64,000 nt of DNA, taken from contig JYFJ02000135.1 of assembly GCA_000934665.2 (NCBI GenBank), positions 1 through 64,000 of the forward strand, written 5' to 3'. Made by a program: the position numbers and the translations under genes. Source of the stretch: Catajapyx aquilonaris. Lineage: Eukaryota. Positions 14,518-28,500 of this stretch are shown here, piece by piece (the stretch's first letter is position 1; the number at the start of each line of letters is the position of its first letter). The notes below the pieces were generated by a model. It saw only the letters and a list, made by a program, of their open reading frames with translations. It ran no database searches and was not told the DNA's origin.

Positions 14518-17500
14518 ATGGGCCAAAGTATGCCATACCAAGTTTAGAGTGTTCAGCTAACCTAATAACGGCGGGCAACTTTGGGAGGATTCATTTTCCA
14601 ACTTGCTGCTCAAAGTCTTACTCTTTGCTGCCGGCAAGTTCTCGGCGTCTGCCCGTGAACCGCCATGATTTGTCGTCATCTCGGCGAGGGATGCAGGAAG
14701 GACATCCGTCTCCCAGAACGGGGAGAGAAAAGCATGTAACACTTCCCTGCTGCCAAGCCCACACTCGCCGAAGGATGGCAAGAAATTACCTCAGGCTTGG
14801 AGATGAAGTGCTGAAAGTGTACCATTAGGCCAGGACGGTAATTACGCCGATATATCACGTCGCTCACGCTGCCCCTGCCACTGTCGGTGCCATATTTTCC
14901 ATCAATTGTCAAAGGTATGACCCAGAATGGCGCAGGAGAAAAAAGAAGAAGAAAAATGGCGTCGGAATTTACAGGACGCGGCCGGTGGTGGCGCCACTGG
15001 ATGAATTTACAGTTGATGGCGCCATGGATGAAATGGAGGGAGGAGGATTTGGGACAGAGTTATAAATACACACCTTGTCGCGAGTTACTGCCTGGAAGGT
15101 ACAAATCACTCCAGTGATGTATGGAGGCGTAAGTTACTTGATGTACGCGCCGAGTTAATGAGGAACGTAATTACGGCGATGAAAAACAAGGAATTGGCCG
15201 ATGGTTTCTCCCCAGAAAGCAAGAGGATCCGGTCTTGGGAAAGGGGGGGGGGGGAGGAGGGAAGTTCCTACTTGATGCAGGGATTATGACGTGAATTTCG
15301 GATTAGAGTTTCGACCAAGTCCAAACTTCTGGAAGCGCCCGTGTCCTCTCTGGAAAATTACAGACTGCGAGACGTACAATACCTTTGTTCTAAGACCAAC
15401 ACTTCATGCCGTCTTAATTGAAGTCAGGAACAGAATTACAATGCAACCGCCTCGGGGTCCTTATTGCCTTCCAGAAACTTGGTGAGGGGGGAACGTCAGT
15501 ATAAAAATGAGAGAGCCTTGCATTGTTAGAGTCGATTTCCGCACCTGGCAACCTTGTCCCAACCACAGGGGTCATCCCCTCTGGTGTGTCATTGTGTCGC
15601 AAACTAGTCCCTCATAAATTGGCCCCGGAGTTGTTGATTGTGGCACAAAAAGCGACGACATGAGCGGATGGGAAAAGGAGGTAGGCGTGGATGACAGATA
15701 TCTATCAAGCGGCTCCGGAGCGTGTTGGGCCTTTGTTGGTGCTGCCGGAGGGCTAGCTCCCCGGATAGAAAATCCGGAGGAGAAAGAGCTCGTCAAAGTA
15801 GAAGGGGGCTAAGACGGAGAATGGGATGCGGGGATAGCAACGCGCCTGATACACAAAGGGCTCCCACATGGAGGACATGGGTGTCAACCGACGACCTCTA
15901 GGGGGGGATTTTGCCAAAACCCCTTTTGTTGCGCGAATTTTCTGTCCGGACGACACTTCGCTTAGAAGTAACGAACGTTGTTTGGCATTATTTTGTGTCA
16001 CTTCCCCATCCCATGTATTGATTCTACGCATTAGAGTCACTGACCACACTCGTGACGATCATATTTTTACATTTTATACCACAATCCTGGATTATTTAAA
16101 CGCGTTGACCAATGTGGGTCGAGCTTGTTGTAGAGGGCAGTGCTCTCGTAATTTTTTCTACAAGTGCAGGTAACAATAGGCGGAGTGGGTAAAGGAACTG
16201 CACGAACCATGCAGCTACTAAAATAATTGCTAAATGCATTTCTTAGTGCAGAATTGTCGGAAGTGTAATGCCGCACTGAGGTCAACACCCTCTCAGCGAC
16301 TGTTTTAAATACTACGAAACTGGGACACATGAATGTATATGTATGACTATAAATATGTGCGTAATATTAAGCAGTTTCATTCATTGTTTATTTTTAAATA
16401 TACCATTCTGAAGAAAAAGTCCACATTCACTATTTCATATACCAAGTACCGAATAGTTCTAGTCTGATAAATGCGAGTTTTCCTGTGTAGTCAGCAACCA
16501 AGCCGTACATCTGAAGTCATCTTGCTGCAAATCAGTCTCCACGTGTCTCCCCCACAATTTTAGACGATGCACCCTGTACAAAAAATGTAGAAGCCAGAGC
16601 CAGTTAGCACAGCACCAGAGCCCGTAGGCGCCTAGCAAGCAGAGTCTTCAGCAGACAAAAGCGGATCCTGATGATCCTTGAGCACCTCCAAGAGAAGAAG
16701 TCTCTCCCGCGCTGTCGCCTAGGGGCATCATCGGCTCCTTTTTCTCCGCCTGACAACCTCTGCCAGCTGCCAAGGTATCTGTCCGTCAATCAGCGTCTTT
16801 CCAGGACCCGGCTAACTCCAGGTTAGCGTATGACAACTGACGGCTGCGTTTTGACTGACACTCCAGCGCGCCTAATAATAGGCTGTTCTGTGGAAAAGAG
16901 ATGGAGGAATTCACCGGATTTTTTTGACTCTTCTTACCACCCCACAGATCTAAGAATGCTGCTAGAAAATGGCGGCGTATCTAAATCAACCGGTTTGCTT
17001 GTTACGTAACATCAGTTGCAGGACCGGTTACGCAATTCGTCATTATTGTATGAATAAAATTTCTAAGTGTGAATTTTGGAGTTTCCTGCATGCTGGCAAC
17101 ATGCTGGTTCCGTCTCCAAGCCGGGAAACAGCTATTGTTCCACTCTACCAACATGAATTGCATTGTGTATTTTTTGGGATGTTGGTCCATAGGTCCTCAT
17201 CGATGATTCTCCACCAGACAGGTCCTTGCGGCAACTTGGTCCAGGGCTCCAAGAAAGATTGGGGACTCCGTCTTTGCTTTCCTGGAGACGTTTTTCTCTC
17301 TTTCCTTCCTTGGCAAGCTCCACCTCCTGAAGCTCCCCTTTTGTGACACGATTACCGATTAACCCCCCCACCCCTCCGGAGTGTCCAAACCCACGCCCGA
17401 ACTTGGCACCGGCTCTCTTAATTATCTTAGGTTCATTTACTAGTCATAATTACACGTGGAGCCAACCAGGGTTCGGGTTATTAGACGCAACGTGTGACGT

Positions 17501-20500
17501 ATTAAGTTTGTTACCAGCTCTGACTCCACTTTGGTCACCCCTGAACCCTGCCCGTGGACCGAAACTCTGCCGATCTCGATGGCCACCCGATCGTTATTGA
17601 ATTTACTCGGCAGCCGTTAATTACAAGAGGACGAGGCGATGAATCCGCAATGAAGCCCCAGTCCTGGCACCTCTATATATACACCAGGAATTCAACTCAG
17701 CAGATAGAACCCCCCCCCCCTTCATCCCCCCCCTCCGATCTCACCATCTGTATCTATACACATACTTGGTGCCAACACAATACCCCATAGCCCAAAGTGC
17801 TTCTTTTTCCTGAGTGCGGGAGGGGGGGGGGGATATATACACCCGAATGCGGGGGGTAACTAATCGCCCGCTTCCCGAATAGAGTTGAGAGATAGTCGAG
17901 GATTCCACCCATAAATTGTATTAATTTATGCAGGGCGCCCTTATAGTCTCCGCCCCTTGATGAAAAGCTCATTGGCTGCTTTGGAGACCTGAGCACTGTG
18001 CGGTCCTCAGTGTTTGCAGGCATCGATAGTAGGTTGCATGTTGCTGTGGTCCATAGCCACTAACTGCTCCTGACTTTGCTAGGTAAATCACAAAATGTTT
18101 CAATAGGCGTTGCGGTACGTGACATTGTGAAGCCATGGGGGGGGGTTTCGAACCCAGGACCGGCTTAATATTTTAGATAAACGCTTGTGGGAAAATCAGC
18201 ACTAGGATCAATTTCAGGGCTTGAATTCCAAACGGGAGCTGGTACAAAGCCTACCTGCTGTGATTCAGTCGTTAGTAGCCCCAAGCTATGATTGATCCCA
18301 TTTGGGTTCCAACCCTCCATAAAAGAAACTCTCTTGTAATGAAATAAATATGCGGTAATGACACAAAAGGAGTCCAGCACTTCCTTGTAAAGGTGTGTCG
18401 CTCCCTTTTCATGCTGACCACCTAAGCCAAGCAGACCGCAATTTAACCAGGACCCCCCTAACTTTTTTTTTGAAAATGAAAAGAAGAAGAGGGGGGGAAG
18501 TCCTTTTGACCCCTGTGTGTTCCGATCCGCTTAGGCCCCCGGGACAAGCCTCAGACACAAAAGTCTGTTGTGGCAACACTGCGGGCGGGCGACGGGGCCG
18601 TCACCAGCAGGCGGAAATTTAATCACCGTCATGATTGAAAAGCCTCCATCATTCGGTTGGGGAGGTAACGCTAATCCTTTCGTAACACGGCATGGGAAGA
18701 ACCCGTAAAAAGTGCATAAGATAAGAGGGGATTAGGTATGTCGGTTGCGTCTACCTGACCCCCGTTGCAAGGGGCCGTTCCTGTTATTTTTTTATGCCTT
18801 CATGGGAGAGAGGACCACATCTGCGACTTCTAGACAGCACCCCCACCTCTATCTGTCTTTGGCTGGCTTTACAATAGACGTCTCCATCCAGGCCAGCAGT
18901 TTCCCTCGCCCAAAACCCCCCCGAAGTTTGCTGCGGCGGGACTTTTGCTGGTCCATTGGCGACCCCCAGGCTTCTCCCATCGCTGCCAGCAGCAAAAGGG
19001 AAGAGTTATGGCCATCACGAGTTCAAAATCTGGCCGGCTGGGGAGTCACTTGGAGAGAAAAACTTTGACCCAGAAGGTCACCAATACCAATTAAAAGATG
19101 TATGTAATTTAGGGCAATTTTTTTACAGAGTAGGATGGGTGGTAAGTATAAGTCTGATCTAGCCACCCACTTGGGCCCCCGAAAAGTTGCCCGGATGAGG
19201 GAAGGGAAGAGGGCCAGGCCTAGGCAGGCCAGTAAATCAGGAGGCCTGCCAGGCGCCCGGAACAAGGCAGTCAGAGCAGGCCCTGATGGATCGCCCCTTT
19301 TCAGGAGGGGGGTCGTCCATACAAGAAGGTGGCCCCAGATTTATGGAGCAGTCCGGCCGACGTGCCGACTCAAAAGGGGGGCCCCCTCGTTCTAGCTAGC
19401 TTGCTAGCAAGCCTCTCTCTCTCTCTCGCTCCCCCGACCAAACCATATGGCCTCAACCAAAAGCCTATATGTACACGAGCTGCCAACCACTAACCTAGGA
19501 GAGACACTGCGCACTTTAAGGACGCCTGAGGATAGTGCAGGAATGGACAGGATGGGGGGGGGGGGGNGGGGGTGGTTCATCCTGAAGGGGATGCAACCAA
19601 AGTTGCTCGGGGGTGCTGCAGGGTGGATGGTTGCCAGGCGCAGACCTGGTCGGTTGGGTAAAAATTTTAAAGATATTTATGCAGATAATTCTGGTGCATC
19701 ATTCTTCCAATTGCAAAACGTGCTAATCCAGTAAGTTGGTGCCTCTGTGCAGAAAAGGTCTAGGGCGGCCTAGAAGGGACAGGGCGAAGCTGGCCACCAC
19801 CAAATTATTGCATATTATAATTTATTGCTGGAAATAAAGAAGTGGCCGGCTTTATTGACAAGCCAAGCAGGCAGACAGGCCAAATGGCCAGTCCTGACAG
19901 ATTGACAAACGGGTTCAGGCCCAGGGATGAATTAGAGTTTTCGGGGAGGGAGGGTATAAGGGGGGGCTACATGTCCACCACCTCCCCCCTTTTTTGACTT
20001 CCCACCCCCCGTAAACCTTTTTGACTTCCCTTCACTCATTCTTCTTCCCATGTCCTTTGTGATACATGCTGTCGCCCTGAAAGGAAGACTGTACCCTGCA
20101 AGCAACGTTAGGCAGATAAATCAATTCTGACTCGTGTGTTTCTTCTTCCTTTTGGACCAAACTAGTCGCTCCTGATTCGGCGGCGCCGCTGGGAGAAAAG
20201 CTCGCCCTGCCATTAGTTTGCCGTTGCGACTGGGGGCCCAGGGATGGTTTCGCATAAGTCATTCCCAGCCTGACAATCGCATTATCTTCCATGCGAAGTA
20301 ATTGCCATTTGATTTTGGAGAGATGTTTCTCTCCCCAGTCCCCAACCATCCAGCCCCAACTGGGGTAATGACGTCCTTGGCATCCTTCTCTATGATAGTC
20401 GCCTAGTGCTGCTCACCTGCCCCACCTACTGGCCCCAGGTGCTGACAATGCAAGGGGGTTCACACCCTTCCATCCGTTGCGCTTGTCGTCACCGGATTAT

Positions 20501-23500
20501 ACAGCACCCCAGGCAGCACAATCCTCCTCAGCCCAGAAAATTCCCAAAAATTTGTCAGCCGGTGCCATCCGGTGTTTACGGCTCTCTCGCCCAAAACATG
20601 TATCGCACATTTGTAAACAACGTCATCTGATACAGGACGGCGCCCAAAAAATTGAATATGTCCGCGGTGACGTCCTTGCACTGATTGCTATTCATTAGGC
20701 GGAAAGCCTTGCGGTGCGTACATTGATGAAACGCCTGTAATAAGCGCAAGGCGTGAGATATTGTCCCAACCTGACATATGCCATTCTGGACGCACAGGAT
20801 AGTTTGAAAAAAAAATACATAAACAGGTTGATCAATATGTAAATAAGATATCGCCTTATTAGGCCAGATTAATTAGGAATGTGGTACGCGGCCCAGACGA
20901 TTTTTGTGAATTACAGTGGTTTGGTTCATGCCAATTGAGGTCTAACATCAATGTCCCCGGAGATTTTGACTATATGCAGCCGGAACTGCCATTTATCTTC
21001 CCTTTATTACAGGTCAGCATTATCTGATTGTTGGCTTTCCGAAATTACCTGGTGCATTTCTTAATCTCGCCTTCGAATATTATACAAAAAAGAAGTGAAT
21101 TATGATAGAGGGTATATCAAACCCATCAAATTCACGCCTTCAAATCACTGATAGCCTCCTCAACCATGGAAAAAAGGAATTCCGCTACAACTCCCATGTG
21201 TTAAAACCAGTCTCGACCAGCCAATTTGCTCCATGGATTGCAATCTGACAGTAAATTGTTATATTGTTTTATGATATACGTTGTTTCAAAAAAGCCCTCC
21301 GTCATTGGCCGTCAATGGCCGGTAACGGCTATTTCAAATTATGAAGTTTTGTTGAACACTATCTTGTTCAGTAACACAAAAAACACTTAAATCAAATTTA
21401 AACAACTTGAAATGCTATTGAAATAACTATTTAAAGGAAGTTAAAATAAAAACACAAAAGCTTATGTAAATTAAGCTGTTAAAATTTAAAGCTATGAAAT
21501 ATGGGATGTCCGAAAGCCCCCTCTTACGGTTATCTGTTGACTTGCGACAACCTTGCCAAATGAGTCTTGGTGCTGAATCTCATCCCTGCCCATTTTGCTA
21601 AGAGTATCCGAGTGACGGTTTAGGAGCCACCTTGAAATATTTGGCAGCCTTGAAATGAAACATAGCCGCAAACTGCTTTACCTATAGGCGCAGTAGGAAA
21701 AGTTTTCTGCCCCCGAAATTTTGGCGCCGGAAATGCAATAATTTAGCGACTCCCAAAAATCCTGTCGACATGCCATCCTTTCTCTTCTCAAGGCAGAAAC
21801 GTCTGAATATTAATAACTTATTTAAAAATCCCCCCCCCCTCCCCATCTCGTTGAATCCCAAAGAATGGCCATCCTCCACGAGGAGCAGGGCCTCAAAAGA
21901 CGTTTCCTTGGCACGTCCCCATGCATACCATCTTTTCGCATGTCTTTCATTTCGCGCTTCTTCCGCCGGCGTTGCTACTGCTCGGCTATAGGGGAACCTC
22001 CTTCCCTTTTCCTCCTTTTTCTGACACTTTCAATGTTCCGAGTCTGCTGACAACTTGTGGCTGACTCTAATAATTGCGCCTGAAAACTTCCAAAAATTTG
22101 AGTCTGAAATAGCACAGATAGGAGAGCTATGTAGCTAATGATTCCCTCTAATTTGGCATGTGTGGGAAGCGTTTTTTTCCGGTTACATGGCGTATTTTTC
22201 TTCCCTTGAGTGAGCGTTTTTAAAAATAGGAGAATTAATATTTAAGTATAGGGCTTCTGCGTTTCAAATGTGACGGGCAGACATTGTCATTAAACATTAA
22301 TGCTACTCACACCTTAACATTTAAACAGTTAAAGGTTTGTTATGAGTAACATTGCACTATAATCTCGTATTAATCGTATTGAAATTATTTATACGGTTTA
22401 ATCACTTGTTCACAAAATGCTTCTCTATTCATTTCCTAAAAATTTATATATTCTGGTAGTAATATATCAGTATAATTGTTGTTATTTTTTTGTACGGTAC
22501 TTCACTGCTTATTTTAAAACCTACAAAATAATTTTTGGAGTAACTATGTTCAATGACTATGAAACATCAACTGTGCGTATATGTATAAATAATGGATACC
22601 TTTAAGCTATTTAAAGAGGGTATAGCCTGTTGCAAAACAATTTATATCTGCAGCTAACTGTTGGCAAAAAAGAGTAAAGAAACTGTGCTAGCCACTTATA
22701 TGGACACTTCAGAGGTTGTTTTAATTAATAAATATCTACTTTACTGTCCGTCTCATGACCTAACATGGTTGCTCCGCTACCTCTAGAGAAACTTATTCAA
22801 TATTTAAATACACATGATACGCCACGCAAAATAGCACCAGCAGAAAGCACGAAAAAAATGATTCATCGCGTAGCGTCAACTCCACACGAAAAATATATGT
22901 TTGAGTCTGTATCTCTCGCAGTATTATTATCTGCCCTACATTCTTCCAGTCCCGTACTCTTGACAAAAAAAGAATGCTGACCATCCCAAATTAGAGTCCA
23001 GAAGCCAAGTGAGAGCCCATGTCACAGACTCGACACTGCACTACTTCCGGACGCAAAATATAAACTAGTTGACACCCCCCGAATATTATAAATACAAACA
23101 GTATTAAAAAATCTGTCGCTATGTATGGTCTATTCGACTTTCACCTTTTACAAACCCGCAAACCCCCGAGTGTCTACAAGTCCCCGAAACCCGATGACAA
23201 AGGGAGCATAATTTTCTCGTCGCGGGGCTCTAATCTTCTCTTCCTCGGCAAGAGATTAATGCATATTTTTCAAAGGCAGTCATCCGTTTGCAGCCCGCCT
23301 CCCTGAGCCGTTTGTGACGGCCAAAAGAAGGTGCTCGCGTGGGTGTGAAACAGGAGACACCCACCCCGAGTCGAGGAGACGACACCATGGGGTTGTGCCC
23401 TTTGTTGTGGAAAAAATGCGATCCTTAGCTGTCTCTGACACAGCAATAATTTTGAAGATTTAATATTAATCGTAGTTAATTTTTAATCGTTATTTATTAT

Positions 23501-23641
23501 TTGTCCGTGCAGTGTCCACTTGCATAATCGTGTAGTCTAGACTTTGACCAGTTTTTTTGCTCAAGGTTTGTTCTACATGGCGTGCTTCCAGATTGTTTAT
23601 CAGGATTGGGTACACACGACGGCCAGAACCCTGCCAGCTAT

Positions 23642-23713
23642 TCCGGTATGGTCTAGTGGTTAGGATACCCGGCTCTCACCCGGGAGGCCCGGGTTCGATT
23701 CCCGGTACCGGAA
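23642..23713 (+). tRNA. tRNA-Glu (anticodon CTC)
   Basis: 72-nt cloverleaf: acceptor stem TCCGGTA/TACCGGA plus discriminator A, D-arm A-box TGGTCTAGTGG, anticodon stem CCCGG/CCGGG with loop CT-CTC-AC (CTC 23675-23677), T-arm GGTTCGATTCC. No intron, no encoded CCA. Confidence 0.97.
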
Positions 23714-23714
23714 C

Positions 23715-23720
23715 TTTTTT
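23715..23720 (+). terminator. RNA polymerase III terminator of tRNA-Glu
   Basis: T6 run one base after the discriminator nucleotide. Confidence 0.85.
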
Positions 23721-25500
23721 ATTTTTCCTTAAATAATATGAATTTAACCCACTCATTACTAATCCATTAGTATATTTGCCATAAATCTACGCAGTACTTG
23801 CCTGATTGCGGTGTAGCATAACCGGCCGTGCAATAAATAAGAAGAAAGTATGCCATTTTTCTGCAGGTGACTTTTTAATATCATGGAGTCCGCTAGATGG
23901 CGGCCATTAATTCCGGGTGAACTAAACCTAAACTCAATTCGCCGCGTCTTAGCCTGTAAATTGCTGCGACAAATCCTAGCCCGTTCGTTACATTTCGGAA
24001 GTGAAAATCCGGTGTAAAATCATGGGAAAGTGTCTCCGGAGTCCCAAGATGGCGACCGGTCACGCTTAACATCCCTCCCGGCTTACTTTACCGTGAAACA
24101 ACATCCATAAATACGCGTCTCATTTTGCAGCTCAACAATCGTCACAAATAATGTGTAGTTCCTGAACCAACCAATATTATTATTACTTTTTTTTTGTGTG
24201 ACCGCGCAGGCGAGAAAAGGTCACTGATCCTGGGCTGTGCTTCATTCCGGGGGTAATACAAGAAATGTTATACGGCCAAACTATACAGGATATAAGGGGG
24301 GGACCTCCGGATAATATGTTGCTCCATCAAGTATATTTCCTCAAAAGAGCGTAGCATTCGACGGTAATGATTAATGGACATGAGATAACCCGCAGTAGCT
24401 TATGTACTAAGTGTTATAATAAATCTTTCCCCTTTCGGAGACTAATGGCTCCTCGGTGGGGAGCCCCATTTCATTGAAAAGAAGCTGCACCAATGTGAGG
24501 ACCCTCCTGCTTGCCCACCCACCCCCTACGTCCCCCTCTTCTGAAATAGATAGAGTAAAAAAAAAAAAGTAAATGCCCAATCCTGTTCAATGACTTCTCG
24601 CTTCGTTCCGGTGGTACTGAAGGAGTTCCGTGAGAATCGTGGGTGTTTACACAACACAACCTGTTATACCGACAAACATTTGGCCCCCTCCACATAATTT
24701 GTTCTGAACAAACATGCCGCTCTGATTTTTTTTCGGCCACTGTTATAGCTACTTAAGTCGTTGCTGACGATGGTACCTGGACATGTCTTCACAAGTTGTG
24801 ATGCAAACTGCTGAGGCCTGCTCTTCCCTGGCTAAAACGCAGGCTTCATTTACTCAAGTCTACCGCAATATATAAAACAAATGAGTAGAGTGGAGGTGCA
24901 TTTAGGCCAGCCAGGTTCCTCCTGAAAAAAGAAACCTAAGTCCAATCCTCCTCTTCTTCCTCCAGCACCAGTGTTAGGGGGAGGGGGGGGCTCATCTCCC
25001 ATTCGTAACGAGCCGGGGACTTTGCATTGCGCCGTTTTAATTGTAGTTAGGTAGGTTTGCGCTAGTGACGCCCGTGTATTAGATTAAGTTATGAAATACG
25101 CCCTCTTGCCGTGCGGTGAAATTAAACGTTAAGTATTATTTACACTGGGGCGGGTGTAGATGGGATCAGGCTCTGCAACCAGATGTGGTGGGATAACCAG
25201 CCAAAAAGAAAAACGAGGCACGTGGCTACAGCTCCCCCGCCAACTCGAATCTCGTTAGCTTTAGTGGCGAATTACGGCCTGGAATTGTCTCCTTTCGCTT
25301 TGACTGAGGAAATTAACTTGTGCTTATACGCCGTTTTGGCAACCTAACCTCCTCCACCCTTTTGTGATGGCCTACCAAGCCTCCTGTGCCTGCCTGGCTC
25401 TGGAGACATTTTCTTTTGGGATGAGGACTGGAGGAAAAATGGACACCACTGAATTATGGGGATTACTGGACACCTGAGTTGGACCAATTAAGTTGGAAGC

Positions 25501-25574
<74 letters not shown>
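25501..25574. repeat. (TAT)n microsatellite, ~24 copies
   Basis: Perfect trinucleotide run; it produces the poly-Ile in track ORF 25372..25641. Confidence 0.97.
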
Positions 25575-28500
25575 GCATGCTCACATGTGTCAATATGTAA
25601 GTCTTGATAGGTAGTAAAAAATTGGTAATGGGTTGGTTCAAGTATTGCGTCGGTGATCAGGCCTCTAATCCTTGTAATGGGGAGGTGGCGATGACGATTA
25701 GTTTAATTACTCTGCCAGAGTAACATGCGTCGTGTTTATGTGGCGTGGCAATATTCATAATTCTCCAAACTGATGTGGATGCAAATGAGAGGGACCGTGG
25801 GTTGGGGAAATTAAGTAGAAAGTTCATCAAAGGAGTGACAATCAACGGGACTCGATCTCGACCGCCGCTTCCAATAGAATTATCAATCATGGTTAGGAAG
25901 GGGGCGGAGGGGAGGGGGAGGGAGGACTTTGGCGGGGGTTGGGAGAGAGAGAGAAAAAAAATTGGGATGGGAGGGTGTGGATTGGGGGGTGGGATTTGTC
26001 ACGCTCATACTCCCCAAATCGTCTGTTCGCCTCCAAATTCAACACTTATTCTGGTTAGCCATGCAAATCGAGTCGATGTTGCACTCTTTTACATTGCTGA
26101 TGAAGACTGATCGATATCGTTTCGATATTTATGCATTATTGGTTGCGTAGGGCTGGTCTGCTGCTCTGCTGCTGTGAAATGAAAATATAAATTGTAATTG
26201 TAAAATGGCTGTGTTAACAGAATTACTAAACACTGCGATCTGAGAAGCCACATCAGTATTGGTTTTAGAACATTACTCAACTTGAATAATAATAATTGTA
26301 CGGACACCGTTCATAGTTCACTTTAGCGGGCCGTTAGAATGCGCTAGGCAACGCTGACGTAATCCTGAGATTTTTCTGAATCCTACGTATGTATTTAATT
26401 GTCACTGATTGTAGGTGTATTATAACTTCATGAAGCTATACAACCGACCTCCAGGCTCATCAAAACTCATCTTCTGAACACAAATCTCAGTTACATTAAA
26501 CGTAAGGAATTTCCATAACCTTTCCTCTCTGGCGTTACTTAGAATACATGTTTATCAAACTCTGGCCTCCACCCCTTAACGCCGCGCTTAAAATCCCACC
26601 TTGGGAATAACTCCTCATTAACGCAATGAACCCGAAACTTTATAAATCTAAAGGGATGGCTAATGGGACACTGGGACCCTTAGCATCGGAACTCAAGACT
26701 TTGGACATTCAAATCCTAGGTCCTGGTAATGTCCCTTACTACAAGCAAACCCAACAATATTTCCACCTTCACGTCACCCATGAAAAATTTCGCCATTTAT
26801 TGGCAACCTCACCCCAGCCAAACTCCTGGGAAAAAAAACCTTCGCTTGAAAATAAAAATGGTTGACGCAGTGTCGACGTGTTATTATACGACATTCAACA
26901 TTGGAACCCCCCGGTGACTCCAAGATCGAGCACCAAGTCGTAAATCATCCGCTCCAAGACGATTAAAATAGACGAAACTTGATCCTGCCTTCAATAATTG
27001 CCCGGATGATCTCTGGGAGTGTTCACTTCCTTTCCCCCCAAACCTTGCGACTCATTTTTCGCGTCTTGAATGGCATAAGAATCGGGCCCAAAGAAAGGGG
27101 AAAAAAATGTATAAAAATGGGGGAGTGAAAAATCGGTTCCTTTTTCCACACGTCTTATTTCCCCCAGCAGTTCGTGTCACAAAAATTAGATATACAATAA
27201 AAATGGTAAGGGTTGGGCCTTAGGATGAGGAATCTGCCAGGTGTCGTCTTCTCACTGTGGGATTAGTGACGGTCGTGGTAGCAGCACACGCCCCCTGGAA
27301 ATTTTGGCACGTCGTCATCAAGATTAAAAGCAAGAAGCGGTTGCTTGTCTGTAATGTTGGCGCTCAATAATGTGATTATTTCCACTTCACGTTGGTGGAT
27401 TTGGAATGGGGGAAGGGGAAGGAGGGGGTTGTTGCAAGGGTGAAATCCATATTATATTGAGTCAGTAAATTTGTGAGGGAGTAAATACTTGAAGGAAGGG
27501 GATCCAGACAGTACAGCGTTGGATTAATTGCGAGGTGACAGTGTTATAACGGAAGTTCATTGCAATGCGATATTGGTTCATTTGGAGTGAATCTTTATGA
27601 ATGTGAAAAATGCATTCGTTGTGAGTGTCAATTAAGAGTAAGCTGCTGGACCTGATCTGAAACTAGTTATTGTTGGCTTAACAATGCGAGTTCAGTTTAT
27701 GCTTGAGCGTTTGAATGATCGTACTCAAGCTTAGAAATCAGATAAAATAATTCACAGTAGCAGATGACATGCGAGAAGAAAATTGTATACTAAAGAAAGT
27801 TATGATGACTCACAATGTTTCAATTGATTTGTTGTGTTGGCATTGTATTCGTAATATGCCGACCTAAAATTCAGTCACGTTTTGATCAAAACTGAGATAG
27901 GCATTGCTTAATGTCGTCCTATAAGTTAGTGTAGGCCTATTTTCCAATGGTCAAGTCAGTTTTCAGATCGAAAAATTGCAGCCTATTAGAGAAATATTGG
28001 AATATAATATTATTCCATGGGGGGAGGGGGAGGGGGGAGATAATTCAATCTTAGAATTGTCCTATCTAGAAATCATTCCGCAAAGTTGATACCGTACTGA
28101 TCATTCTGCATTCAGGTTGTCCCTTCTTTACTGTTTCATTATTCAGGCAAAAATTGTCATTATGAGTTGTCCTTTTATTATATTGCAGTGTCCCACGTCC
28201 GAAAGAGTCACCACGAAGAATAACACACGGAGGATAATAACTTCATGGATGTTTGCAGCAGACTTCCTGACATCCGGTTATGGTATGTCACCAGCAGACA
28301 AGAGTTGGACTTTACATTATACTAACTTCTTTTTAAATGCCTGTTTGTTATATTGCATTGAATACCGCCTATTAATATGTCTTGGCTACATTTGTTAATT
28401 AACTTGGGTCGCCTTCATCTCTGGAGACCTGTCCCATTCCTATAAAATTATCGTTATGTTATTATTACAAATTGTCAAAATCGATAATCGTTTGCAATAT

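Noticed and set aside
25372..25641. ORF with a poly-Ile hydrophobic stretch
   Set aside because: Artefact of the (TAT)n microsatellite.
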